NCBI GenBank assembly: GCA_030390025.1
Contig: CM059432.1
Coordinates: 19,036,001 to 19,100,000 of the forward strand
Length of the DNA: 64,000 bases
Direction of reading: 5' to 3'
From: Squalus acanthias
Lineage: Eukaryota
The notes under the pieces were generated by a model, which saw only the letters and a program-made list of their open reading frames with translations, ran no database searches and was not told the DNA's origin. This document shows positions 49,241-62,482 of this stretch, one piece after another (the first letter of the stretch is position 1; each line of letters opens with the position of its first letter). Made by a program: the position numbers and the translations under genes.

Positions 49241-49638
49241 CTATTTTAAAACTCTCATCCTTGTTTTCACAATCCTCTATGGCCTCACCCCTCCCTATCT
49301 CTGTAACCTCCTCTGGCCGTACAACCCTCTGAGATCTCTGCACTCCTCCAATTCTGGCCTCTTCTGCATCTCTGATTTTCATCGCTCCTACATTGGCGGT
49401 CGTGCCTTCAGCTGCCTAGGCTCTAAGCTCTGGAATTCCTTCCCTAAACTTCACCCCTCTACATCTTTCCTTCTTTGAGACTCTCCTTAAAAACCTACCT
49501 CTTTGACCAAGCTTTGACCTGTCCTAATATCTCCTTATGTGGCTCGGTGTCAAGTTTTGTTTTATAACGCTCCTGTGAAGTGCCTTGGGATGTTTTACTA
49601 TGTTAATGGTGCTATATAAATACAAGTTATTGTTGTTG
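49241..49638 (+). mobile_element. L2 LINE 3' fragment
   Basis: ttttaaaactctcatcc...gccttcagctgcc...ctctggaattcc...ccttaaaaacctacctctttgacc...gctatataaatacaag(ttg)n. Confidence 0.7.
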
Positions 49639-50415
49639 CTGGAATCAGGTGATAGTGAATTGAAAAATCCAAGCTCCAAGTCCAATTACTGTAGCAACAT
49701 AGCAAAAAGAAAATGAGCCAGAGGAGCCATGCTCCAGCTGTCGTTGTGATGTGTAATTGTATTTTATATCATGTTTTGTATCACCTAATTTAGTTGTGTC
49801 TTGTATTTGCTTAATATAATTGTATTACTTAAAGCTAGTCCTGAACTGCAAGATCATGGGCTTATACTCCATACTGTCAGACAATAATCCACAAAACCGG
49901 TAACCCAAATAAAAGAAAAAGCTTTTTAGAAACAACTTTGGAAGGAGGGGTGGTGGTGGTGAAACTAATTAACACTTACAAAGCCATGAATTTGATTGAA
50001 GGAACCTTGAGAAAGATTTACAAGATAGAAGGATGGGTCATTTGCGAATGTCTGAATTGAACTGAATCCCATTGTTGAAACCATGACAGTTAGAACATAA
50101 ACATCCACTCCAAGGAAGAACAGCTAAGATTGTCTAGGTTGGGAGAACTTTGTAATAAACAAATGGGGCATCTAACTCCGGACCCCTCTAAAGGAAGAGA
50201 CATCTGAAGATCGTTTTCTAGCCTGAGGGGAGAGGACCACTGAACACCAAGAGAAAAGTGAAGAAAGAAGGCCTGTCACGATGAAACCAATGCTATCATG
50301 AAATTCTCTGTGGAATAACGTGTGAAACAAATGTTTGTAATCCAATGAGCATCACATATATAAAGGAAAAGAAAAGGAAAATCCCTCTCTGAACCTCTAA
50401 ACCTTTATAAATAGT

Positions 50416-51260
50416 GGGCAGAATTTTCATTGACCCGTGGAGGCGGGTTTGGAGGCGTGTGGGGGGTTAAAATAGCAGATTTGGGGGTCCCGAACCCGTC
50501 CCGCCCCCCAACCCGCCTCCATGCCAGTTTCACAGGAGGCGGGTACCCGACCTGTGCTGGGACCCGCCTCCCCGAGGTGGGAAGGGGATTAGTGCCAATA
50601 AACTGCCTGTTAACAGGTAGTTAACAGGCAGTTTTTTGCCTAATCCCTATTTTTATCCCTGAAGTGTGGGCTTCCCGACAGGTCCGAACCACGCCGATTT
50701 AGTGAGGCGGACCGTCAGTCTGGAGGGCTTGGAGGGGTCGAGATGTCCGGTGTGCAGGTGAGTGATGGGTGCTTGAGTGCAGAGGTAAGTGTGTTTGGTG
50801 TGTGTAAAGTGTTTTAAGAACTTGTACTTACCTTAACTTTGTCCTGCAGGCTTCCTTCCTTCAGTTCTCGGGAGTCCCTCAGCTCACCAGCACAGAAAGC
50901 AGAATGGTCGCAGAGCTGTCAAAAGCTGCAGTCTCTGCTTTCTGTGCTGGATTGATTTCTAACTGAGTCTAAGTACAGGGACTCACGTTAGAAATCATAT
51001 TGTCAGTGTTTGACAGCTTCACAGAGCTGTCAAACGCTGAAATTTCATCTGTCAAAAGCTCTTGACAGATGAAATTTCAGTGGCTGACGTCACCTATATC
51101 CAAGGGACCCTTGATTGGCCGGCTAAGCCCGCTGGGCGGGCTTAACAAGGTCAATCAAGGGAAAATACAGTGGGTTGGCCACAAGTCGATGGAGGCGGGA
51201 CTACAACCCAAAAAGTGGGAGTCCCGCCTCCAACACGTCCCCATTGACAAAATCCAGCCC
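50416..51260. mobile_element. Non-autonomous Harbinger-like MITE with internal hairpin array
   Basis: TIRs GGGCAGAATTTT / GGGCTGGATTTT. Homologous to 1324-2185. Confidence 0.75.
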
Positions 51261-51514
51261 ACAGTTAGTCTATACTGGGTTAATATTAGTTAAGTAATGT
51301 CCTACTATCATAACAGTTTTGGAGATATGCAACACTTTCGTAATCTGGTCAAAGCACAGCTTTGGTCACTGAGACACAAAGGAGACATTCGAGCCTAGAA
51401 GGTGTTTCAGAGAAGAGCCACAAGATTGATACTGTTAGAGGTCCAAGTTATGAGGAAATATTGGAGAAACTTAGAGGTGTAAAAGCAGTACAGAAAAGGT
51501 AAATCAGGAGTAAC

Positions 51515-52075
51515 AACAGAAAACGCTGGAAAAACTCAGCAGGCCAGGCAGCATCCGTGGAGAGAGAAAGAGAGTTAACGTTTCAGGTCGATGACCTTTC
51601 GTCAGAACTGTGAAGAGCCGGAAATCAAATAGATTTAAGGCCAGAGTAAAGCTGGGAAAAGGGGGAGGGGATAAAAGAACAAAGGGGGAGATGAAGAGAC
51701 ATTAAGAGATATGCAAGGCTAGAGGTGGTGTTAATGTGACAGATTAAGGCTGAAAGAAGTGTGAAATCCACTGGCAGAATGAAGGACAGCTGCCAGCTTC
51801 TAGGAGGGAAAAAAAGGTGGGGGGGGGGCAAATAAAAGGGTGGAAAAAATAAAATATAAATGTGATTGGAGCTGAGGTTATGATCTAAAATTGTTGAACT
51901 CGATATTGAGTCCAGAGGGCTGTAGCGTGCCTAAACGAAAGATGAGGTGCTGTTCCTCGAGCTTACGCTGCGCTTCCGTGGAACAGTGTAATAGGCCGAG
52001 GACGGTGAGGTCAGAGTGGGAGTGAAGCGGTGAATTAAAGTGACAGGCCACCGGGAGCTCGGGGTCCCCCTGCAT
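51515..52075 (-). mobile_element. Penelope-like element 3' end: GIY-YIG C-terminus, 3' UTR and hammerhead
   Basis: PVACHFNS..H...L.VLGL....EAQRKLEEQHLIFRLGTLQPSGLN (51878-52070), then the hammerhead core. Confidence 0.85.
51573..51609 (-). ncRNA. Minimal type I hammerhead ribozyme
   Basis: AGUU-CUGACGA-A-AGGUC-auc-GACCU-GAAA-CGUU-AACU. Helix I AGUU/AACU, stem II AGGUC/GACCU, palindromic AACGUU with GUU site. Confidence 0.7.
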
Positions 52076-52679
52076 CACTTCAAACCAAATTATGAGCAGA
52101 ACAAGGAGACATAGGTTCAAAAAGCTGTCAATTCCAAAACAGCCCTAAATAGAAACCTATGATGTGTGAAAAGAAATAATTGCAGTGTAGGCCTGAAATT
52201 TAAGTATAGGTATTGGAGAAAAATTTTGATTTCTTGACACTTTACTTGATGCCTTTTCCAGCAATTTGGATTCTAAAATAAATACAAGCATCGCAATTAT
52301 TTAAAATCTAAAAATGAAAGAACGTTTGCTGAATTTTATTGAAAGCTAATCTTTAATTGCCACTTAGGATTTCATTATTTTTATCAATTTTTCTGGAATC
52401 GTAGTAGATCATTTATTACCAGAATAAAAAAATTGTAATTAATTTTCACTTTTCAAAATAAATTGCAAGTGAAAGGAATTGAAATCCAGGCATTGAATTC
52501 CAAACTGCGCAATCTTTCCAAAGACTTCTTCCACTCTAGAGCCAGTAAGGGGTGGGGAGGGGACTAGGAGATGCTCCAACTTCCAAAATTAATTGATTTA
52601 TACATTAAAAATAGTTCAATTCTGGTTAATGTTAAATCTGTGCCTCTCCAACAGCCACCAGTGCACAGATACACTCGCT

Positions 52680-55600
52680 CCAACACCCCGCTTCAACACC
52701 CCCCTTCAACACCCCCCAGAGACACGCCCCCTCCAACACTCCCCAAAGACACACCCCCTGCAACACCCCCCAGAGACACGCCCCCTCCAACACTCCCCAG
52801 ACACACACCCACAAAAAAACACCCCGAGACACCCACTTCAAAACCCCCCAGAGGAAAACCCGCCAGCACCCCCCAGAGACACCCCCTTCAACACCCCCCC
52901 GAGACACCCCCCTTCAACACCCCCCAGAGACACGCCCCCTCCAACACTCCCCAAAGACACACCCTCTACAACACCCCCCAGAGACACCACCTTCAAAACC
53001 CCCCAGAGACACACCCTCCAACACACCCAGACACACACCCCCTACAACACCCCCCAGACACCATCTCCAACACCCCCAGACACCCCCTCCAACACCCCCC
53101 AGACACCCCCTCCAACACCCCCCAGACACCCCCTCCAACACCCCCAGACACATCCCCTCCATCACCCCCCAGACACCCCCCTCCAACACCCCCAGACATC
53201 CCCTCCAACACCCCAGACACCCGCTCCAACACCCCCAGACACCCCCTCGAACACCCCCAGACACCCCCTCCAACACACCCCAGACACCCCCTCCATCACC
53301 CCCAGACACCCCCTCCATCACCCCCCAGACACCCCCTCCATCACCCCCCAGACACCCCCTCCAACACCCCCAGACACCCCCTCCAACACCCCCAGATACC
53401 CCCTCCATCACCCCCCAGACACCCCCTCCAACACCCCCAGACACCCCCTCCAACACCCCCAGACATTCCCTCCAACACCCCCAGACACCCCCTCCAACAC
53501 CCCCAGACATTCCCTCCAACACCCCCAGACATTCCCTCCAACACCCCCCAGACACCGCCTCCAACACCCCCAGACACCCCCTCCAACACCCCCAGACATT
53601 CCCTCCAACACCCCCAGACACCCCCTCCAACACCCCCAGACACCCCCTCCAACACACCCCAGACACCCCTCCAACACCCCCAGACATTCCCTCCAACACC
53701 CCAGACACCCCCTCCAACACCCCCAGACACCCCCTCCAACACACCCCAGACACCCCCTCCAACACTCCCAGACACCTCCTCCAAAACCCCCAGACACCCC
53801 CTCCAAAACCCCCCAGACACCCCCTCCACACCCCCAGACATTCCCTCCAACACACCCAGACATCCCCTCCAACACCCCCAGACACCCCCTCCATCACCCC
53901 CCAGACACCCCCTCCAACACCCCCAGACACCCCCTCCAACACCCCCAGACACCCCCTCCAAAACCCCCCAGACACCCCCTCCAACACCCCCAGACACATC
54001 CCCTCCATCACCCCCCAGACAACACCCTCCAACACCCCCAGACACCCCCTCCAACACCCCAGACACCCGCTCCAACACCCCCAGACACCCCCTCCAACAC
54101 CCCCAGACACCCCCTCCAACACACCCCAGACACCCCCTCCATCACCCCCAGACACCCCCTCCATCACCCCCCAGACACCCCCTCCATCACCCCCCAGACA
54201 CCCCCTCCAACACCCCCAGACACCCCCTCCAACACCCCTAGATACCCCCTCCATCACCCCCCAGACACCCCCTCCAACACCCCCAGACACCCCCTCCAAC
54301 ACCCCCAGACATTCCCTCCAACACCCCCAGACACCCCCTCCAACACCCCCAGACATTCCCTCCAACACCCCCAGACATTCCCTCCAACACCCCCCAGACA
54401 CCGCCTCCAACACCCCCAGACACCCCCTCCAACACCCCCAGACATTCCCTCCAACACCCCCAGACACCCCCTCCAACACCCCCAGACACCCCCTCCAACA
54501 CACCCCAGACACCCCTCCAACACCCCAGACACCCCCTCCAACACCCCCAGACACCCCCTCCAACACACCCCAGACACCCCCTCCAACACCCCCAGACACC
54601 CCCTCCAAAAGCCCCCAGACACCCCCTCCAACACCCCCAGACATTCCCTCCAACACCCCCCAGACATTCTATCCAACACCCCCAGACATTCCCTCCAAAA
54701 CCCCCAAGACACCCCCTCCAACACCCCCAGACATTCCCTCCAACACCCCCGGACATTCCCTCCAACACCCCCAGACACCCCCTCCATCACCCCCAGACAC
54801 CCCCTCCAACACCCCCAGACACCCCCTCCAAAACCCCCCAGACACCAACTCCAACACCCCCAGACATTCCCTCCAACACCCCCCAGACACACACCCCCTC
54901 CAACACCCCCCAGACAGCCCCTCCAAAACCCCCAGACACCCCCTCCAACACCCCCAGACACCCCCTCCAAAACCCCAGACACCCCCTCCAACACCCCCAG
55001 ACACCCCCTCCAACACCCCCAGACACCCCCTCCAACACCCCCAGACACCCCCTCCAACACCCCCCAGACACCCCCTCCAACACCCCCAGACACCCCCTCC
55101 AACACCCCCAGACACCCCCTACAACACACCCAGACACCCCCTCCAACACCCCCAGACACCCCCTCCAACACCCCCAGACACCCCCTCTAAAACCCCCAGA
55201 CACCCCCTCCAACACACCCAGACACCCCCTCCAACACCCCCAGACACCCCCTCCAACACACCCAGACACCCCCTCCAACACCCCCAGACACCCCCTCCAA
55301 CACCCCCAGACACCCCCTCCAACACCCCCAGACACCCCCTCTAAAACCCCCAGACACCCCCTCCAACACACCCAGACACCCCCTCCAACACCCCCAGACA
55401 CCCCCTCCAAAACCCCAGACACCCCCTCCAACACCCCCAGACACCCCCTCCAACACCCCCAGACACCCCCTCCAACACCCCCAGACTCCCCCTCCAACAC
55501 CCCCCAGACACCCCCTCCAACACCCCCAGACACCCCCTCCAACACCCCCAGACACCCCCTACAACACACCCAGACACCCCCTCCAACACCCCCAGACACC

Positions 55601-58303
55601 CCCTCCAACACCCCCAGACACCCCCTCTAAAACCCCCAGACACCCCCTCCAACACACCCAGACACCCCCTCCAACACCCCCAGACACCCCCTCTAAAACC
55701 CCCAGACACCCCCTCCAACAACTCCCAGACACCCCCTCCAACACCTCCCAGACACCCCCTCCAACACACCCAGACACCCCCTCCAACACCCCCAGACAAA
55801 CCCCCTGCAACACCCCCCAGACACACCCCCTCCAACACCCCCAGACACACCCCCTCCAACACCACCAGACACCCCCTCCAACACCCCCCAGACACACCCC
55901 CTCCAACACACCCCTGGCACCCCCTGCAACACCCCCCAGACACACCCCTCCAACACCCCCAGACACACCCCCTGCAACACCCCCCAGACACACCCCCTCC
56001 AACACACCCCAGGCACCCCCTGCAACACCCCCCAGACACACCCCCTCCAACACCCCCAGACACACCCCCTCCAACACCCCCAGACACCCCCTCCAACACC
56101 CCCAGACACACCCCCTCCAACACCCCCAGACACCCCCTCCAACACCCCCCAGACACCCCCTCCAACACCCCCAGACACCCCCTCCAACACCCCCAGACAC
56201 CCCCTCCAAAACCCCCCAGACACCCCCTCCAAAACCCCCCAGACACCCCCTCCAACACCCCCAGACATTCCCTCCAACACCCCCCAAACACCCCCTCCAA
56301 CACCCCCAGACATTCCCTCCAACACCCCCAGACACCTCCTCCAACACCCCCCAGACACCCCCCCTCCAACACCCCCAGACACCACCTCCAACACTCCCAG
56401 ACACCCCCCTCCAACACCCCCCAGACACCCCCTCCAAAACCCCCAGACACCCCCTCCAACACCCCCCAGACACCCCCTCCAACACCCCCAGACACCCCCT
56501 CCAACACCCCACAGACACCCCCTCCAACACCCCCCAGACACCCCCTCCAACACCCTCAGACACCCCCTCCAACACCCCCAGACACCCCCTCCAACACACC
56601 CAGACACCCCCTCCAACACCCCCAGACACTCCCTCCAACACCCCCAGACACCCCCTCTAAAACCCCCAGACACCCCCTCCAACACACCCAGACACCCCCT
56701 CCAACACCCCCAGACACCCCCTCTAAAGCCCCCAGACACCCCCTCCAACACCCCCCAGACACCCCCTCCAACACCCCCAGACACCCCCTCCAACACCCCC
56801 AGACACACCCCCTGCAACACCCCCCAGACACACCCCCTCCAACACACCCCAGGCACCCCCTGCAACACCCCCCAGACACACCCCCTCCAACACCCCCAGA
56901 CACACCCCCTGCAACACCCCCCAGACACACCCCCTCCAACACACCCCAGGCACCTCCTGCAACACCCCCCAGACACACCCCCTCCAACACCCCCAGACAC
57001 ACCCCCTCCAACACCCCCAGACACCCCCTCCAACACCCCCAGACACACCCCCTCCAACACCCCCAGACACCCCCTCCAACACCCCCCAGACCCCCCCTCC
57101 AACACCCCCAGACACCCCCTCCAACACCCCCAGACACCCCCTCCAAAACCACCCAGACACCCCCTCCAAAACCCCCCAGACACCCCCTCCAACACCCCCA
57201 GACATTCCCTCCAACACCCCCCAAACTCTCCCTCCAACACCCCCAGACATTCCCTCCAACACCCCCAGACACCCCCTCCAACACCCCCCAGACACCCCCC
57301 CTCCAACACCCCAGACACCACCTCCAACACCCCCAGACACCCCCCCTCCAACACCCCCCAGACACCCCCTCCAAAACCCCCAGACACCCCCTCCAACACC
57401 CCCCAGACACCCCCTCCAACACCCCCCAGACACCCCCCTCCAACACCCCAGACACCACCTCCAACACCCCCAGACACCCCCCCTCCAATACCCCCCAGAC
57501 ACCCCCTCCAACACCCCCCAGACACCCCCTCCAACACCCCCAGACACCCCCTCCAACACCCCCCAGACACCCCCTCCAACACCCCCCAGACACCCCCTCC
57601 AACACCCTCAGACACCCCCTCCAACACCCCCAGACACCCCCTCCAACACACCCAGACACCCCCTCCAACACCCCCAGACACCCCCTCCAACACCCCCAGA
57701 CACCCCCTCTAAAACCCCCAGACACCCCCTCCAACACACCCAGACACCCCCTCCAACACCCCCAGACACCCCCTCTAAAACCCCCAGACACCCCCTCCAA
57801 CACCCCCCAGACACCCCCTCCAACACCCCCAGACACCCCCTCCAACACCCCCAGACACACCCCCTGCAACACCCCCCAGACACACCCCCTCCAACACACC
57901 CCAGGCACCCCCTGCAACACCCCCCAGACACACCCCCTCCAACACCCCCAGACACACCCCCTGCAACACCCCCCAGACACACCCCCTCCAACACACCCCA
58001 GGCACCTCCTGCAACACCCCCCAGACACACCCCCTCCAACACCCCCAGACACACCCCCTCCAACACCCCCAGACACCCCCTCCAACACCCCCAGACACAC
58101 CCCGTCCATCACCCCCCATACACCCCCTCCAACATCCCCAGACACCCCTCCAACACCCCCAGACACACCCCCTGCAACACCCCCCAGACACACCCCCTCC
58201 AACACACCCCAGACACCCCCTCCAACACCCCCAGACACCCCCTCGAACACCCCCCAGACACCCCTCCAACACCCCCCAGACACACCCCCTGCAACACCCC
58301 CCA
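52680..58303. repeat. C-rich minisatellite, about 22-bp unit CCCCCAGACACCCCCTCCAACA, with higher-order repeats
   Basis: About 5.6 kb tandem array read directly. Confidence 0.97.
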
Positions 58304-59002
58304 GTTCACAGAGACACTCATCTCCTCCCTTCAATTCATGCTGACAAACTCCTAATCTTCCAGCACCTCAGTGCCGCTCTGGGACGACCAACTCCTCTTA
58401 GCTCCTCTACTCCCATGTCACTCTCAGGCTTTCCACCGCTCATAATCCCCGACAAGAGCTGCTCCTGGGCTGTTGTCTCTCGCCCTCCCCCACATCTGCT
58501 TCACTTTCTCTGCCTCACTGCCCAGGTCTTGGATTCCCTCCTCAGCTCTCTTCTAGGATTCCTACTTCCCGCTCTCGTTGCTTCCATTTTGAATGCGGAA
58601 ATGTACTGTGGTGGGAACTCCTGAATTTGTGAGAGGTCCCAATATGGCGTGCGGTCGTGGTCACAATCAGAGCAGGAACAGGAGGTAGGAGCTTGAATAC
58701 CTGACTGTGGAGGGAGCCCAAGAGTGGCACTGATTTAATCTGCAAACTCAGACATGCAGATAGATGTCTCTAAAATGCTCACTGAACTGAGGGAGACATT
58801 AGGGCCTTTCTGGATGGATGAGCTAAATTGGCCTTCCTTCTCTGTATCTTGTGAGTGCCAGGTGTGATTGAATGATCAGCTTTTCCCTGCTACGTATAAT
58901 TGGCTATATTTTAAAACTCTTAACTGAAAAAGCAAATACAGAAACCTTCTAGCTCCAAACCTATAATAAATTCAAAGACAGAATATAATTGCAGTGACTA
59001 AT

Positions 59003-59260
59003 AGAGTTCTACAGGGGTTTGTTCCAGATCCCATGCTGTTTACACTATTCATAAATGATTCAGAGGCAGGCTCCTCTAGTAATATTTTAGTTCACTAATG
59101 ACCCAACACTGTGTACCTCGGTCTCCAGTTTCAGGACGATTGACAACATGCTGAGCAAAGTAGATAGGCTGCGGAATGGTGGATTGTTACTTAGCGTAGA
59201 GAAATGTAGGGCACGTGCATCGGTACAGGAATCTTGAAATATCCTTTTAATTTGTAAATT
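59003..59260 (+). mobile_element. Ancient CR1 RT relic
   Basis: gttctacaggggtttgttccagatcccatgctgtttacactattcataaatgat resembles VPQGSVLGP.LF..FIND. Confidence 0.45.
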
Positions 59261-59877
59261 AAGAGCCTAACGCCTGTTAAAGGGCCCCTTTTCACAATTT
59301 GCTGGTGAAGAGCTGGGCAGGCCTGATGCCTGCCCCCGCTCAAGATTCTTCAGCAGACCCCATGGCCGCCAACGAAAGGTAAGTGATGAAAAAATGTTTT
59401 TAAAGAAGGCCCTTCCCGTGGAGCCAGGAGGAGCAGGAGATCTCCCTCAATGCCACAAGAGTCCATAGTCTGATCCAATCTCCCCCTTCCTGGGACTTAC
59501 CTGAGGGCCACATTAACGTTTTTGCTCGGGCGAGCTGCCTATGGAGGCGTAACCAGTGCCGACAGCTTCCCATCAATCCTCAGGCCTCTCGGTTCGGGAG
59601 CGCACTGGTTGCGCAGCGTTGAGTCCGGGCCCCGGGAATGATTTTGTCTGGGCAAAGTCGCAAAGGAAAATGGTCTGGGTGCAAATCAACCATTTACTTA
59701 ACACTTCCAGTCAACTTGAGGCTGTTTCAGAAGCAAAGCTAATTGAGTGCTGGGAGCCATCTGCAGGGCGTCTGATCGTCAAAAGACGTTTGCCCAGATT
59801 TCCTGATACTGGTGCAGCTCGGACACAGAATGATTATTAGTGGGTTGCAGGCAGACTCAAACGGAGTTGTGAACAAA

Positions 59878-60012
59878 AAGCCAAAGGCTGCAGGTGCTGA
59901 AAATCTGAAACAGAAACAGAAATCGTTGGAGACACTCAGCAGGTCGGGCAGCATTAGTCGTGAGGGCACAAATGAGTTGACATTTCAGCTAAAAATCATC
60001 CCTCAGAACTGA
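59878..60012 (-). mobile_element. Degenerate Penelope-like terminal fragment
   Basis: tgctgaaaatctgaaacagaaacagaaa...actcagcaggtcgggcagcat. Confidence 0.5.
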
Positions 60013-60059
60013 TTGATATTACAGATGAACAGCATTTCAAAAGGAACCGCACCAGGTAA

Positions 60060-61950
60060 AGGGGACAGAGGCGGGTTGGGGAGCGAGTGACCAATCCACT
60101 CTCAGGAGGCGGGTCGGTCAGTAAAATCTTTTAAGGAGGCTGCTTACCTCCATTTTAACTGCATTTTCATTTTTAACCCATGGAGACCGGGATTCCCGGG
60201 CCTTGGGAATCTGGCAGTTTAAAAGAGGCGAGAAGGGCCAGATCCATGAGGTAAGTGAATTTACAGCATTGCTTGTGGGCCAGGAGGAGCAGGAGTCTTT
60301 CCTTTGGCCCCCCCACCAAGCGAACTACTTTACAGACCCGGCGCTTGGACCCAGCGACTCCCCCACCCCCCGATCTCCCTCTCCCCCCACCCTCCGATCT
60401 CCCTCTCCCCCCACCCTCCGATCTCCCTCTCCCCCCGATCTCCCTCTCCCCCCGATCTCCGACTCCCCCATCTCCTGATATCTCTCTCCCCATCCCCGAT
60501 CTCTAACTCCCCCATCCCCCGAACTCCCTCACCCCCCCGATCTCCCTCTCCCCCCGATCTCCCTCTCCCCCACCCCCCCGATCTCCGACTCTCCCCATCC
60601 CCCGATCTCCAACTCCCCCATCCCCGATCTCCCTCTCCCCCCGAATTCCCTCTCCCCCACCCCCCCGATCTCCGACTCTCCCCATCCCCCGCTCTCCCTC
60701 TCCCACCCCGATCTCCCTCTCCCCCATCCCCCGATCTCCCTCTCCCCATCTGCCGATCTCACTCCCCCCCTAATCTCCCTCTCCCCCCGATCTCCAACTC
60801 TCCCCATTCCCCGATCTCCCTCTCCCCCATCCCCCGATCTCCCTCTCCCCCAACCCCGATCTCCCTCCCCCCCGATCTCCCTCTCCCCCTCAATCTCCCT
60901 CTCCACCCCGATCTCCCTCTCCCCCCCAATCTCCCTCTCCCCATCCCCCGATCTCTTTCTCCCCCCCCCGATCTCCCTCTCCCCCATCCCCCGGTCTCTG
61001 ACTCCCCCATCCCCCAATCTCCCTCTCCCCCCGATCTCCCTCTCCCCCATCCCTCGATCTCCCTCTCACCATCCCCGATCTCCCGCTCCCCTATCCCCCG
61101 ATCTCCCTCTCCCCCACCCCCCCGATCTTCCTCTCCCCATCCCCCGATCTCTGACTCCCCCATCCCCCAATCTCCCTCTCCCCCCGATCTCCCTCTCCCC
61201 ATCCCTCGATCTCCCTCTCCCCCATCCCTCGATCTCCCTCTCACCATCCCCAATCTCCCTCTCCCCAACCCCCGATCTCCCTCTCCCCCACCCCCCCGAT
61301 CCCCCTCTCCCCATCCCCCGATCTCTGACTCCCCTAGCCCCCGATCTCCCTCTCCCCCACCCCCAATCTCCCTCTTCCCCCCGATCTCTGACTCCCCCAT
61401 CCCCCGATCTCCCTCTCCCCCACCCCCCCAATCTCTCTCTCCCCCACCCCCGATCTCTGACTCCCCCATCCCCCCGATCTCCGACTCCCCCCACCCCCCC
61501 CGATCTCCCTCTCCCCATCCCCCGATCTCTGACTCCCCCATCCCCCGATCTCCGACTCCCCCCACCCCCCCGATCTCCCTCCCCCCCACCCCCGATCTCT
61601 GACTCCCCCATCCCCCGATCTCTGACTCCCCCACCCCGCCGTAATCTCCAATTCCCCCCACCCCCGCGATCTCTGACTCCCTCACCCTCCCCCACAGACC
61701 CTGACTCCCCCACTCCCCCCCATCTGCTACTAACCTGGTATCCGCTCCCCGGCTGCTTTCCTGCTTGACGGGCATCCAGCCTGTCAATCTGGCTGACTGT
61801 CAGGTGTGAAAGCTTTTGAGAAAATTTAAACGATGTCCTGCAGTTAATTTCTGCAGGACGTCCGAGAAACCCATACTTCCCGGTTTCCCGTCTTAAATTC
61901 CTCCCCCCCCGCCCCCGCTCTCTTCACGGCTCTGAGTAAACATCGGGGCC
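60060..61950. mobile_element. Harbinger-like MITE hosting a minisatellite
   Basis: Right TIR-like GGCCCCGATGTT ending at 61950. The gccaggaggagcagga motif is shared with about 59420. Left boundary uncertain. Confidence 0.45.
60352..61722. repeat. C-rich minisatellite, unit approximately CCCCCGATCTCCCTCTCCCCCA(T/C)
   Basis: About 1.4 kb degenerate tandem array. Confidence 0.95.
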
Positions 61951-61959
61951 AAAGTGTCC

Positions 61960-62155
61960 ATAAGTACGACCCCAAACTCCTTGTCCCTTGCCAATTCAAT
62001 TCTCCACCCCACTCTGAGCTCTCGGTCTTTGGCCTTCTGCATTGTTCCAATGAAGCTCAACACAAGCTTGAGGAACAGCCCTTAAACGTTCTACTTGGAA
62101 TTTTGCAACCCTTTGACCTTAATATTGACTTCAACAACTTCAAACCTTAACTATA
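61960..62155 (+). mobile_element. Degenerate Penelope-like GIY-YIG C-terminal fragment
   Basis: Reverse-orientation homolog of 51880-52070 (GLLHCSNEAQHKLEEQ). Confidence 0.65.
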
Positions 62156-62482
62156 GCTTCCATTTTCTCTCAGGCAGTACATGCTGGCAATGTCGGATGG
62201 GTGTGCCGACATTTCCAGGGAAGGGAGAGGTGAGCAGCTTGTTGCTAGGAGTAAGCTCCCCTCAGCCCTGACGGACCACTGTGCTATTGAACTTACCTCG
62301 CCCCTTTAGGTCTTCTCACGTTCTCAGTGGCTTATATTAATAACGTTGATTTCCTTCATTAAGCCTCCTTTTGTCTCCTCCATGTGTCGCTTCAGCCCAT
62401 TAGCCATTTTCTGATCCCCATCTTAGCACCTTACAGGTGAGAATTTCCTGGCAGCTGCTCCCCCTTCGCCGGCACTATATCA

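Noticed and set aside
52571..58334. Long Pro/Thr/His-rich and Gly/Val/Trp-rich ORFs (up to 865 aa)
   Set aside because: Open in many frames on both strands because the minisatellite unit lacks stops; not evidence of a gene.
60173..61787. Extensin-like Pro/Ser-rich ORFs
   Set aside because: Translation artefact of the second minisatellite.
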